Positions 37,985 through 50,372 of a DNA stretch of 64,000 nt are shown piece by piece. Position 1 is the first letter of the stretch. Each line of letters begins with the position of its first letter. The notes beneath the pieces were generated by a model. That model saw nothing but the letters and a program-made list of their open reading frames with translations. It had not been told where the DNA came from and did not search any database. A program made the translations under genes and the position numbers. The stretch comes from Mizuhopecten yessoensis (taxonomy: Eukaryota), in assembly GCF_002113885.1 (NCBI RefSeq), contig NW_018408296.1, positions 191,854 to 255,853 on the forward strand, written 5' to 3'.

Positions 37985-38622
37985 TGTTCCGGATACTAAC
38001 TTTGTGTTCCAGAAAATGACGTTGTGTTCTTGATTATGACGTAGTATTCCGAAAAATGACGCAGTGTTCCGGAAAATGATAATGTATTCCAGATAATGAT
38101 AGAGTGTTCCGGAGAATGACTGCATAATGTATGTGTTCTAGATAATGAAGAAGTGTTTCGGATAATGACGAAGTGTTTCGGATAAAGACGATGTATTCCG
38201 GAAAATGACAATGTATTCCAGATAATGAAAGAGTGTTCCGGAGAATGACTACATAATGTATGTGTTCTAGATAATGAAGAAGTGTTTCGGATAATGACGA
38301 AGTGTTCCGGATAAAGACGATGTATTCCGGAAAATGACAATGTATTCCAGATAATGAAAGAGCGTTCCGGAGAATAACTACATAATGTATGTTTTCTAGA
38401 TAATGAAGAAGTGTTTCGGATAATGACGAAGTGTTTCGGATAAAGACGATGTATTCCGGAAAATGACAATGTATTCCAGATAATGAAAAAGTGTTCCGGA
38501 GAATAACTACATAATGTATGTGTTCTAGATAATGAAGAATTGTTTCGGATAAAGACGATGTATTCCGGAAAATGACAATGTATTCCAGATAATGAAAGAG
38601 TGTTCCGGAGAATGACTACATA
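37985..38622. repeat. Higher-order tandem repeat: 20-bp monomers (about GGATAATGACGAAGTGTTCC) organised in 129-bp units
   Basis: GAGAAT(G/A)ACT(A/G)CATAAT recurs at about 38112, 38241, 38370 and 38499. The minus-strand ORF has a 43-aa period. Confidence 0.92.
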
Positions 38623-38727
38623 ATTTTTTTCTTTTCTTTTTTTTTCGGTTTTTTTTTCAGTACATGTACAATACACAGGACATCATCACATACACACATT
38701 CACACATGTTGAAATAGTGAAATTCAT

Positions 38728-38729
<2 letters not shown>

Positions 38730-38771
<42 letters not shown>
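38730..38771. repeat. (ATC)n microsatellite, about 14 units
   Basis: Perfect ATC run. Confidence 0.97.
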
Positions 38772-38835
38772 ATATCACTATAATCATCCATATATCATCT
38801 TTCCATCATCACTTTTTATGAGATAAAATTATCTA

Positions 38836-41800
38836 TACAATACAATACAATATATTTTATTATAGTGACATGTCCATACATCAAAATTACATACGTGTAC
38901 ATTGTTTCACATATTATTTTAGCACCCAACCCAAAGGGTCTATAGGTCACTTTAACTTAAATTTACCTTCAAAATATCACTTGCGTCATTGGTTAAATAA
39001 CAATTAAATAATATATGTACTTGTAGAATGAGACAAAATCAAAATTTTTACGAAATAATTTTTTTTTTCTTTTATCAAATATTTTCGACAGATATTTTGC
39101 TGTTTGCCTGGGAAAGTCATTTACTAAAATTTAAACAGTTCGATGTTTGATTGATGTTGAAAGGTTATACGAGTGTTAAGAAGTAGGTCATTTCTCTCAT
39201 TATCATAAAGTGAACAGTTTAACAGAAGATGTGTTTCGTCCTCCACCGCTCCAGAGTTGCACGAAGTACATACACGGTCATTTACAGGTTCATTTGTATA
39301 CCGTCCAGTCTCCACTCGCAATGGGAGTACACCACACCTTAATTGTGCCATGATTGATCTCTCGGATTTTGCAAGGTTTATTGACACATAGTTCTCTACA
39401 TGGTAAGAGGTTTTAATTAATATAAAGTTCCTTGGTTTTGGTACAAATTTTACTTTATCTGACCACTCATCTTGATATTTGTGTACGAGTGCACGTTTTA
39501 CGTCCTCAATGTTACAATGTTGAAGATTATCACAGCAATATTCCATATTTACATATTCTAGCACTCGCTGCACGTCGCGGCACCATGATTTTTCCTTATT
39601 TGAACGTTTATCCCACATAAAAACTTTTTTGCATACCCGGGAATCGTCCATTCGTATGAGTCTGTTCGATAGACGTATAATGTTAAGCCATCTCCCGTGT
39701 TGTCTGATAAGCCATCCAGTTTCTCCATTTACGGCCAATTTTGGTGTAAACCTATGGACGCCAAGAAAGTATCTAATCCCGCGATTTTGGATGGTGTCGA
39801 TACAAGGATGCGGTCGATATCCCCAAACTCCAGAACAATAATCCAATACTGGTTATATATATTAAATATTAAATTCGTTGAAAAGCACACCCAAATATTT
39901 GTACGAACTTGAGTATTCCAATGCATGTTCTCCAATTTTAAAATTAAAAGTACTTCGCGCCCTACGGTAGTTTCTAAAATGTATCACTTTGGATTTCCCC
40001 GGATTCACACGAAGCACCAGTTATCCAAATGATCCAGCACACATTGCATATCAGTTTCATTTTCAGCAAGGAGTGCTATATCGTCTGCATACAGTAAATG
40101 TTTACTTTATCATTTCCAATAAACATCCCCTTACCAAGCTGGTCGATTTCGACGGCCAAGTCATTAATAAATAAAGCAAACATTGTCGGAGATAAATAAT
40201 CGCCTTGTTTTACCCCGATATCACTGGAGAACCAATCAGTTAATGAGTTTCCGAGTCGTACACATACCTCCGTATCCGTATATAATGTTTTAATAACGTT
40301 GTACATTTTCCCATTTATTCCATTTGTGACAAGTTTATATAATAGTACATGTAGATATCTGTCAACATAGTCAAATGCCTTTTGTAGGTCCACAAATGTT
40401 ACAAATGTTGTAGGTTTATTAGAGACGATTGAATTGAGAGTATGGACGTGGTCGAGACTCGATCTATTTTTACGGAATTCATTTTGTTCGTCAACGAGCA
40501 AGTCATTTTCATCTAATAAGGCACAATCCTGTTATTGATGAATGCAGTTTATAACTTGGAAACGACAGAGAGTAGGCGTATCCCTCGGAAGTTTAGTGGT
40601 ACCCGCGGATCTAACGATTTGTCTTTAGGAATTGGACATATAATTGCTTTTCTCCAAATTGATGGGATGTACAAATGTAACCAGAGTCAAAACACAGTTG
40701 GAACAAATTGTGTAAAACAGTAGTTATGGCGGGAAACTTCAAAACCTCCAATGGAACCCGATCATACCCCGGCGATTTTCCCGTTTTCGCGTGGTTTATC
40801 ACCTTTTCGATTTCGTCGATTTGTATTACCTGGTTTAACGTGGTATTGGAGTCGTATAAATGGTCCAACATGTCCTCTTCTAAAAACTGTTTTTGTCGTA
40901 TCACATCGTTATAAAATACATCACTGACTTCGTCTGAATTCGGATTTTTATTTAACAATCCTGAAAAAATGTTCATTCCAAAACGGTTCATGGGGACGAA
41001 AACGTGTTTGAGTTGTTCTTCCTGTAACACGTTTAGGCAGTTTTTCCTCCATTTCCTTAAATACTACGGTACACAGATCATCAACACGTGTGTCAATATC
41101 CGCCTGCGTTTCCCGCGAAATATCGATTTGGTGTATAGTATCCAACAACGCAATTTTCGAAATTTCAGAGGCCATAAAATCCACCGACATTCTCTGTAAT
41201 TCATAACGGGTATGTGTCGCGCCAATCGGTCGTTTTCCGAAGTTGGATAGCTTTGATAGCGTCAAGTTGATACTAAATTGAAAAAACAACACACTGTGAT
41301 CTGGTATTTTACACCTTTCTCCAAGCAAGGGCTGTAAGCTATTTTCTGCCACGATGTCGTTACACGGTATAATCTTAAAGGTAATACATTGTTTTAATCC
41401 ATCATGTGGTACACATATATAGTCTACAACAGCCTTTCCTTTTGTTGAAATCGACGTGTACGCGTTTGAAATTTCTCCGAAACGACCATTTAGTGTACAA
41501 AATTTCACATCATTTAGAAATCCGTTAAACGCTTTTCCGTGTTGGTTGGTTTTATTGTCTATACAATTGTACATAACTTAGTCGGCACGTTATCTAATGT
41601 TTGGTTAATATCCTGGGTTGATCCAGTTCGAGAATTAAAATCTTAACACACAAAAAATATCATCGCTTTCATAGTTAAGATAGATCTTTCCCAACAGATG
41701 AGCAAAATAACCTTGCGCATCTCGCCCTCGAGGCGAATTTTCTGGTGGTAAATAACACAAAAATACTATAAATGATGATTCTCTAGTGGTGTCTACAAAT

Positions 41801-42258
41801 GTTAAGCCCAATATACCGTCATATGATTTGCAATAATCTTAATTTCAAGCGAATTATTTAACGTATCTTTCCCTAAAACAGCCACACCTCCCGATCCTTT
41901 TGGGGCGTTTCTATGAATATCCACACGGTTAAAGTTGTATGTTTTATATCCATCGATAGACGGAGGCTATACCTCTTAAATGAGTTTCATTTAGACAAAC
42001 AATATCAGCATGGACATTTTTTAAGATAGCCACACGTAAGCCTTTTTTAGAGTCTGTCCACCCACACACATTTAAATGCGCGATAGTTATATGTGACTGT
42101 TCATCGTTGGGTCGGGAATGCCCCTATTCACCGTTTGCCTGTTCTGTGCCGTCCGACTGTTCGTCCGACCTGTTCTTTTTAACTATGCGTCCACTTCCAG
42201 TAATGCGATAATTGCCCCCGTTTGGTATTTCTTTCAACACGGTTCTTGCATTAATACT
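38836..42258 (-). mobile_element. Decayed non-LTR retrotransposon, RTE-X-like LINE (ORF1 C-terminus, APE, RT, C-terminal domain, 3' UTR)
   Basis: APE motifs IAHLNVCGW, DIVCLNETHL, KGSGGVA, VVDYI and PDHS. RT motifs EQNEFRKNRS, FVDLQKAFD, GVKQGDYLSP and LYADD (about 40080-40094). C-terminus QLRCGVLPLRVETGRY...CTSC...EDETHLLLNC. AATAAA and an (ATTGT)n tail at about 38836-38860. Confidence 0.93.
39124..42123 (-). pseudogene. LINE ORF2 (endonuclease/reverse transcriptase) broken by frameshifts, stops and internal deletions
   Basis: ORF pieces 40948-41574, 40611-41030, 40076-40501 and 39124-39846 follow in the expected domain order in shifting frames. Confidence 0.92.
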
Positions 42259-42364
42259 ATACTTAAGCAAGACGTCTCGCTCCACTGAGCGACTGGCATA
42301 TAACAACACAACGCAAATGTCTATTTTGCCGCTAGCTCGACGAAAAGACGTAGAAATCCATCCG

Positions 42365-42625
42365 TTCTCATCCTCAGAATCCGAGGCTATAGGGTTCGCT
42401 ACGTACTCGCCAATCGCTTTCCATCCGGCCTCCGAGGTATCAGCCAACTTAACTAACCTTTGTCTGTAACTCACTAGAGCAATTCCTTCGGAGACTTAAG
42501 TGGCGACGGCCCCCGGACCTAACTCCGCAGCTTGACCGACCTCGTTGAACTTCGCCTGTATCTCGGCGTTGAACTTGTATTGGTCCTCGCAACTCTTTTT
42601 AGTGAACTTGGGATTAAGTTCTTGG
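42365..42625 (-). mobile_element. Fragment of a DIRS-like (tyrosine-recombinase retrotransposon) ORF1/gag
   Basis: Reads NPKFTKKSCEDQYKFNAEIQAKF...*VSEGIALVSYRQRLVKLADTSEAGWKAIGEYVANPIASDSEDE. This matches the RQKLIKLAD.S..GW....EY...P.ASDSEDE motif I recall from invertebrate DIRS ORF1; not database-verified. Confidence 0.65.
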
Positions 42626-44124
42626 TTGAAATTGTGACCTATTCTGACACAATACTTCTTGTGCTATGGGGTCGAGGTTATACGTGTGGTATATGGCCAA
42701 TCTCTACCCAGAGTTGTCGTTCCTTTTCAAGAACACACACCTCTGTCAACGCCTCAGATTTTACAAGATTCTTGAATCGTGATAATTTTATCTTCAGTGA
42801 CTTCTTTTTTCATTTTTTTTTAAATATTTTCTTGGCTTTATCACTTTTGAAACGACTAAAATGTACAAGAAGTAAGGCGTGAATATATACTGCACTATAT
42901 TTTAAGCGTAATGTTCAACGTATTAATATAAATGTGGTTATTTAGCTTTGAAAATGAATAGAGCGCCGGCTTCGTATAATTTGTTCATGACTTCGCCAGT
43001 TGTATCTTATTTAGGTTGTGATTTAAGAATTGAATCCTTCACTATGTAACTTTCGCCCACTCAACTTAAAAAATATCACATTCTTGGCAAAATACGCAAA
43101 ACCGTCTAAATCTTCCATCTTCTTTGGTGTGTTTTCTATGGAGGCTGCCATTTTGTACGATGGATCACATAATTTTGGGGTCATGTGATTCGGGATTACT
43201 TTTTGACGTTGGCAGATATTAAAGGGAGTGCAATGACCGTAACTCTTGGTGGGGATTGGTATATGGCCTCGTTTTCGTAAACTACAAATCTCTGAGATAA
43301 AATTTTTGACAATATCGACATTTACATTTAATCACGGCTAGTGATACTGACATACTTGTTGACAGCAGTCCTTGCTTATTACACTCTGTAACGAGCGCGT
43401 ACGTCATAACGTGTCAAGAAAAAAAAAATCATTATTCGGAAATATCTGCAATAAAAATAATGCTTCTCGTTTCATGTCGGCAGATGCTGTAATTCTCATT
43501 ACCACTATTCTGCTGTGACATGAACTGTTAATCTGGCAAATGTCTGACTCATTTTTTGTATAAGAGAGTGGGTCAATTGCAACTCAATTGTCTAATTCTT
43601 AAGTAAGTTCAGGTCGTTCATTTTATTGAGCGTTTCTGCTGTTAATAGGACTTTAAACAAAATTATTCCAGACCAAACCAAGCAATTATTAACGCCAAAT
43701 GCGTATTATTAAAACACTGTTTCCTAACCAACATAAAAGATTCAATTTAATTTACTTGAAAACAGGTCGTCGCGTGGATTATCCTAAGACGTGTGCACTC
43801 GAAGAGTTGGGTCAACTTTAAGTCCCTAACACGTTTTCATAGTTTTTTCCGCCAAAACTTTTCCGATGCGGTGGTTTTTTTTATACTTCGTGAAAAACGA
43901 AATATAGCATTCGTGATTATTAGCATAAGGCGGAGTGTAGAAAATCATAATTTTACGAGCAGTACAACATATTTATATTGTGACTTCATTTTCGATTTCC
44001 CGAAATTTGTCAAATATTTCATCAAAATTTTGAAGTCAAATATATTTTGATTTGCTGGACGGATTCAAAGAACATTTACCCATTACTTTTTATGAGAACG
44101 TTCGGAATAATATTAAATGCCTCA

Positions 44125-44562
44125 TTATATCCCCGCAACGAAGTTAGGGGGAGTGGGGGGGGGGGGGGGAGTATACTCGAATCACCCTGTCTGGATGCAA
44201 CTTCTCCTTAACTAACAGGTGGATTTCATTGAAACCTTGCATGAATGATAAGTATCTTATGTACAGTAGTTGTGCACCGGCATTTTAATATGGGATTCCG
44301 AACTATGCTCCTGTGTGCGAAAAAGTTGTGCGAAAAAAGTTGTGCGAAAAAGTTGTAAGTAACAGGTCTACATATCAGCTAGATAACGAATTGCTTTTAC
44401 ATAGATAGGGATATTTGTATTCAGTTATTTTTGTGGAAGTTTTGCCCTTTAACATAAATATTATTTACCCTGCTAAAAACGTTGGAAGTATAACTCTCAA
44501 ATATACATAACTTGGCGGAAGTGGGGGTATTAGTCAGCCACCCTGGCGACAGCTCTAGCTTT
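44125..44562 (+). mobile_element. HINE/pearl-like non-autonomous Helentron
   Basis: 5' subTIR TTATATCCCCGC with adjacent inverted copy (GGGGG...GTATA). 3' subTIR GTGGGGGTAT, then hairpin GTCAGCC-ACCCT-GGCGAC and CTAG. Confidence 0.72.
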
Positions 44563-46543
44563 CCGTGTATTCAACCAAGATGGCCGCCATCCTAAGCTTA
44601 TTGGTTGAAATAGATATATTGTGCGATTTTGCTGTTTCGTAAGTATACAATCTAGCCGTCATTAAGGTTCTTCTGATTGGTCAAATTTAGATACTGTCCG
44701 ATTTCACTCCAAGGTATGGAGGTGTTTAATGGCATTGCCATATGTTTCTGATGTATCGGTGTGACTTTGAGGACGGTTTTTTGGACTTCTGTTATGGTCC
44801 CCGTCAAATTAGAACCTTGTTATTGTTGCTACATGGGACGTTGTGATATTAAATTTGGATCTAGCAGACAAGCACGCTCTGCCCTAGAAAACCCAACACG
44901 CGGACCATCAGTTACGGATGATCATAAACGGTTGTAATCCATTTAAGTGCAATAATTACAAAGGTCAAGGTAATAATTATCAAAGTACGACCGCGGTGAT
45001 GGAAAGAACGCATTCTCTGCATTTGACTCAGATTATTTCCTTGCCGAAAGCAATACGACTCATAGACGCAAATACAATTCAAGCACATATAGAATACAAG
45101 TTCATAAGTCTATTACATACATTCATACAACATACATGATCAGGAGAGTGATAACCAAGTGTTTTAGCACATTATACATACGAACTTGCATACGTGATCA
45201 GGAGTTCATTTGTCAATCGATGGGGAAAACCCGAGAAGTTTTGAGTGCTGTTTTGTGTCATTCATAACTTCGATAACATACGTAGACATAAATCGTTCAT
45301 GGACCTAGTTTACCTGTGTTTATTGAGCAACGAAGAAACGAGAAAGTTGCGCTTTGTATGCACCTGTCGCCAGTGTGACATTTACTACAGCAATAAAACA
45401 TTACAGTAGTTACAGCAGTAGAAATTACATGTAGTGTATAACTTGGATTGTTAACATTCTGTCACGCTGAGCTTTCAGTCATCTTCCATGTGATCATCCT
45501 TTTTTTTATGTTATTCGTTGTTTATTATTGATCACTAGAAACTAACACCGTGCATGACAGTTCGACTGTCACTCGACAAATAGGCCCTATCCTAGTTAAT
45601 TTCTCACTCATATAGGAGAGCAACGGAGACCACGCGTAGACATGGATCTTTGGACCAAAGCAGCTGTGACAGCCTATCAGCATCTGAGGAGTAGTCCGAC
45701 CTTCGGGCATGACCTGGACGGGCCTGGGACTTCATGAATCTTAAGAGGGTCTAGTCAACGGCAACTTACCCTCTCAAGTCGGCCGAAACACAGACTTTCG
45801 TCAGTGAAATGAAGACGTAAACAAACAGTAACCAAAAGTACAACCAAGATCGTGACCTGTTGAGTTATACATTTGAACACCAGTACACACCATAAGATAT
45901 GAATCTCATTCATACAGTTTATATCGAAAACGTCGTTGAATACTAAATAAAACACCAGACAGATATTCTTAATATTTCCGGGTTTTGTCCATAGACGTGT
46001 TAAGCGCTAAAAACGCACAGGTTTACATGGCGGTCGTCTGAAGGGAGTGGTAACTTGTGCGCTTGATAGAGATACATTCGGAAAGCTGCCAATTGATTGA
46101 GACAATGATTGATTGAAACGCTAGATATCTTACGAATGAAAGCTTCCCTTTCAGTAAGTCTGCGGAGTTGGCTTCGTGATTAGTTGTCTGCCTCCGGAGA
46201 TGGTTTTTTGTTAACTATCCTTACTTCCGGTTTTTCGATTAAAACATGTCTCATAAAAATATTCTCAAATCCTGAAGTTGTAATTGTAACTTCTTATTTT
46301 GTTGCAAACACAGTTCAGCTTATTAATTACTGTCAACTTGAAGGGTTTCGTGCGTATTACAAGCATTTTATATAATTCAGGATATAATTGTGACCCAGAC
46401 TCGATGAGGTGGTCTATAGTACTAATATTACGGTATAGGCCCCGGGATCGTGAAACAATCTTAGACTTTAAATTTTGTTTAGCCAATCATGTATGACGTC
46501 ACTTATCATGACGTTATTTGTGATTGGCTTATTCAAACCTTAA

Positions 46544-47285
46544 AGGGGTTACTTAGTCAAATAACACTCCTAAAATCGATAAGATACTGACAAAACTTTG
46601 CCTAGTTGATAACTACATAACCTGAAGCTGTCAATTTTTCTTTTGTGAAAGCCGGTGATGAATATAGCTACGACCAAAATAACGCAATATCCGGGCATTT
46701 CAGTGAGAAGTAAACACATACAGTACCACACTGTCAGTCGGCACAGTGTCTGACACATGTTTGTCGCTTTTAATTTGCACAATGAATCGCAAACAAGTGT
46801 CATAAGTATCATATTGTATAATTCAAATGCGACATTTGCGTTCACGGTTGGATTCGAATAAAAAGATACAGGTTTAATTAGAGTACGCACTCATGCAGAA
46901 GGCACCAAATTTCAAACCGCACAAAGTTTGACGTGAGTAGGTTTAAACGTAAAATAAGTTACTCATTTACAGCGATGATTGAGATGTTGTTTGGAAGATG
47001 TTATTGTATCAGAACAAACGCCGGTACTTTTATTCAAAAGAAGTTAGGCCGAATAATGCGATAACTTATCTTCTCTAATAGACTGAAAAGATATAGTTCA
47101 CCGACAGCTGCCGCTAAAACGTATGTTTGTACAGGTAAGGATTTCTTCATTACTTACATCTAAAGAACACCAAGAAAACATTGTATCTTGACTATTTTTT
47201 TAATTGTTTCAAAGGAGTATCAAACTTTATTACCAAGAAGACTTTTTGATTTGATTTTTAAAAAAAATCTCACTAAATTGTCCCT
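46544..47285. mobile_element. Possible old Kolobok-like non-autonomous element (TTAA flanks, diverged TIRs)
   Basis: TTAA|AGGGGTTACTTAGTCAAAT at the left end versus reverse complement TTAA|AGGGACAATTTAGTGAGAT at the right end; imperfect match. Confidence 0.35.
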
Positions 47286-47980
47286 TTAAGACAAATTAAG
47301 ATTTGGGATCGTTTCATTATCCTGGGCCCTGGAAAATGCGAATCTTTGGATTTTTTGCTGAGTTGCTATGGAAAGGAACTTGATTCTGACGTTTCATCTT
47401 TCTTTCCTAGGTTATTGCTATTATTACACTAGCTATCAGCTAATAATACCTCAGTACTTAAAGTTCTCTTGTAACTAATGATTTTATAGACCGGAACAAC
47501 CTAGGACGACCGCAAAACGGAAAATCACGTGACTGGCGTCACAAAAATCAAAAGGGATGACAGTTTTGGAAGTAATTCGCAAGGTTTCTATAGAAAACAT
47601 TAAGCCGCTCAGACCCCCTACACTCTCTATAGAAAACCACGTGAACTCTTTGTCAAAGTTTGTTCGGACAGACCGGTACGACGGACCTGCAAATGCTAAT
47701 GCAGTCTTTGACAACATCGGCCAAAGTTCAAAAGAAAAAGGAAAAACAGATTACTAGGTCCGTCCATTATCACTTCATAGAAAAGTCTTTAATTTTAAAT
47801 ACGATTTAAAGTCGGTAGAGGCCGAACGAGTGTCGACCTTCAATACCATATTGATTTTACAACGACACCGCGTGTGTACATGTTAAAAGATGAGATGTTG
47901 CAAGGTGGCCAACCAATTTGTTATTGCTTTTATCCACCGATAGTCTGGGTGTCTCTCTGGCTTCAACTATTATTACCACA

Positions 47981-48305
47981 GTTGTCTCTCTAGGATTTAC
48001 GTCTAACCTGTATCCCAACATTTGTCTCTTTAGGATTTACGTCTTACCTGTATCCCAACATTTGTCTCTCTAGGTTTTACGTCTAACCTGTATCCCAGCA
48101 TTTGTCCCTCTAGGTTTTACGTCAACCCAGTATCCCAACATTTGTCTCTCTAGGTTTTACGTCTAACCTGTATCCCAGCATTTGTCCCTCTAGGTTTTAC
48201 GTGTGATCTGCATCCCCACATTTGCCTCTCTTGGTTTAATGTCTAACCTGTAACCGCACATTTGTTTCTCTTGATTTTACGTCCTGTCTGTATCTCCATA
48301 TTTGT
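47981..48305. repeat. Minisatellite, 40-bp unit (TTTGTCTCTCTAGGTTTTACGTCTAACCTGTATCCCAACA), about 8 copies
   Basis: 40-bp periodicity, decaying toward the 3' end. Confidence 0.93.
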
Positions 48306-49699
48306 CTATTCATGTAATTCACTCGGTAGAATTCCCTTTGAGACGAGATGGACAAATCCCCCTCTGATAAATAACTATTTCTTAATTGAAAGACCCGAGG
48401 GTTATGATTTGCCTTTTTGGCTAGATTGGAAGTGTTGAATGGTTCTTGTTTTCTGACGCCTAAAGTTGGGAATGTTTTATTTTGCTTTCTTTCTTTTCTT
48501 TTACTTTTTTTCTCTGGCACAAGTTCCCTATTTATAGAATGACGATATTCAACTATTTGATCGTGACGTCACAGTAAAACGTGCAGGTTGTCTCACTTTA
48601 GAGTTACACAAGGAAATGTCACTATGGAAGAATCATAGTTATACCTGTCCAAGTTACATCCATTGAATATTTATGCAAACAGAAACTTTCAATCTTATAT
48701 TACCTTTGAACAGTTGCTACATAAACCTGCATGTTCCAATAAAAAGGTTTGCTTTGTAAGCTTCAAAGAAATATTGCACGTGAGTTGTTCATTTCGTGAT
48801 GTCATATTCAGACTACGACGGCAGTGCCCGGATGTTTTACGACTGACATTTGCCGCCTCACGAAAACAGTTATTGGAAAGACTTTGTTCTTTCAACGATA
48901 GCTTTGCCAAAATCAGACAAAACTGTTTGAAATATACCATAAACCGAAAAGGAATGACACAGAATGATGAAACAGAATAGTTGTTGTTGTTGTTTGAATA
49001 TAAATATAAGATAATTGTCTGTGACCGAAAAAAACAAACAATTTTCCTTGTGCAGTGTTCGACGCCTTCCGAAATAGAATATAATGGTCAATATTTTCCT
49101 CATTAAAAATGAAGACAACACGATTCAAAGAGAAGCCATTCATTAATGTTCCATTAAATTACAGTTTCCGTATAGTACAAATTGCGGATTTCGACGCTGA
49201 AAATCTCAAAAGAGGAACGCGCATCATATTTAATGTATATATAAACGGATTCACTTCAATAATGCTTTTTCAATAAGAACTTTAAAAAAAATACATGTAC
49301 AGTAACTGCGGGATTGGAGAACAAGCGTAGAGATTTTATAAATTACTTTCCAGACTTACTTTTCAGTTATAAAATTATGGTGCATATACAAAGTTTATTG
49401 ATGACATAAACATGTCAGCAACCTGGATATTGTCAATATTTAATGTACACCAGGGACATTAAACGGTTAGAAATATGTTGTGTTTATCTACATGATAATG
49501 TGAAAACATCTTTACGGCGATAAAAGCCAGAAATCAGATCAGCTAAATGGGCCGATACATGCACTTTTATGCTGTTACAGATGGGCCGTTCTAGTAATAC
49601 TGTCTCGAATGATAAATTATAAAGAAACAAGTTTGTTGTTACTGAACATCAGATTTCATTTATTGATCAGACTTGAACAAATGATTAAAACATCAGTCA

Positions 49700-49935
49700 A
49701 ATCTGCGCCGGTTTCCGAAAAGGCGCCCGGGCGATGAGTGATTTTCCAAAATCGACTGGAGAACGCCGGGAGATTATCGGCCATTATTGGCCGATTTTGA
49801 TACGCCGCACGGGTCGCCGGGAGCATTTAGCGCGGAGATAAAAGTTGTTGATGTTCCCCCGATTACTCACGACAAATCTCAGACATTGGAAAAAAGTCCC
49901 TGGCGCCCGGGACGCCGGGAAGCCGGCGCAAATGT
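49700..49935. mobile_element. GC-rich MITE-like insertion with imperfect TIRs, present only in the first duplicate
   Basis: ATCTGCGCCGGTTTCCG...CCCGGGCG versus reverse complement of the right end ATTTGCGCCGGCTTCCCGGCGTCCCGGGCG. Confidence 0.55.
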
Positions 49936-50155
49936 GGTATACGATACACGGTATCACGGATAACCGACTATATAGATGTAGCTGTAATACTAACAATGTA
50001 TAGAAATGCAACAGTCTATCTATCTTGGAGTGGGGATTGGGTTGTAGGGGGTCGGGGGAATGTTTAAGAGTGGGGAGGAACCCACATTCGTCTGCTAAGT
50101 TTTGGTGCTTTTCGAGGTTTACAGTTACGAAGTCGTTTCATCAGGATAAAGTATA

Positions 50156-50372
50156 AACTTTATTTATTTAACAACAATTCTGTAACAAGTTTGTACACCT
50201 TATACTTATCTCTTTTGTTGGCCCGGATATTAGCGTAGCATAGGGGGTCTTACTGTGGGGGGAAACCGGAATACCCCAAGGAAACCCACGTGGTCGGGCA
50301 GGTGACTCCATACCTTTATACGTCAGATCGGGGTATCGAACCCCGGCCGCCTGACGAAAGGCAAGTGCGCCT
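50156..50372 (-). mobile_element. V-type SINE, family D
   Basis: Minus strand has B box GGTTCGATACC, then GTCACCTGCCCGACCACGTGGGTTTCCTTGGGGTATTCCGGTTTCCCC and a TAAATAAATAAAGTTT end. Confidence 0.78.

Noticed and set aside
37996-38676. 226-aa ORF
   Set aside because: Translation of the 129-bp higher-order repeat.
49410-49462. MSATWILSIF as a GPCR TM4 exon
   Set aside because: Followed by NVHQGH and a stop in both duplicates, with no TM4 proline or suitable splice sites.
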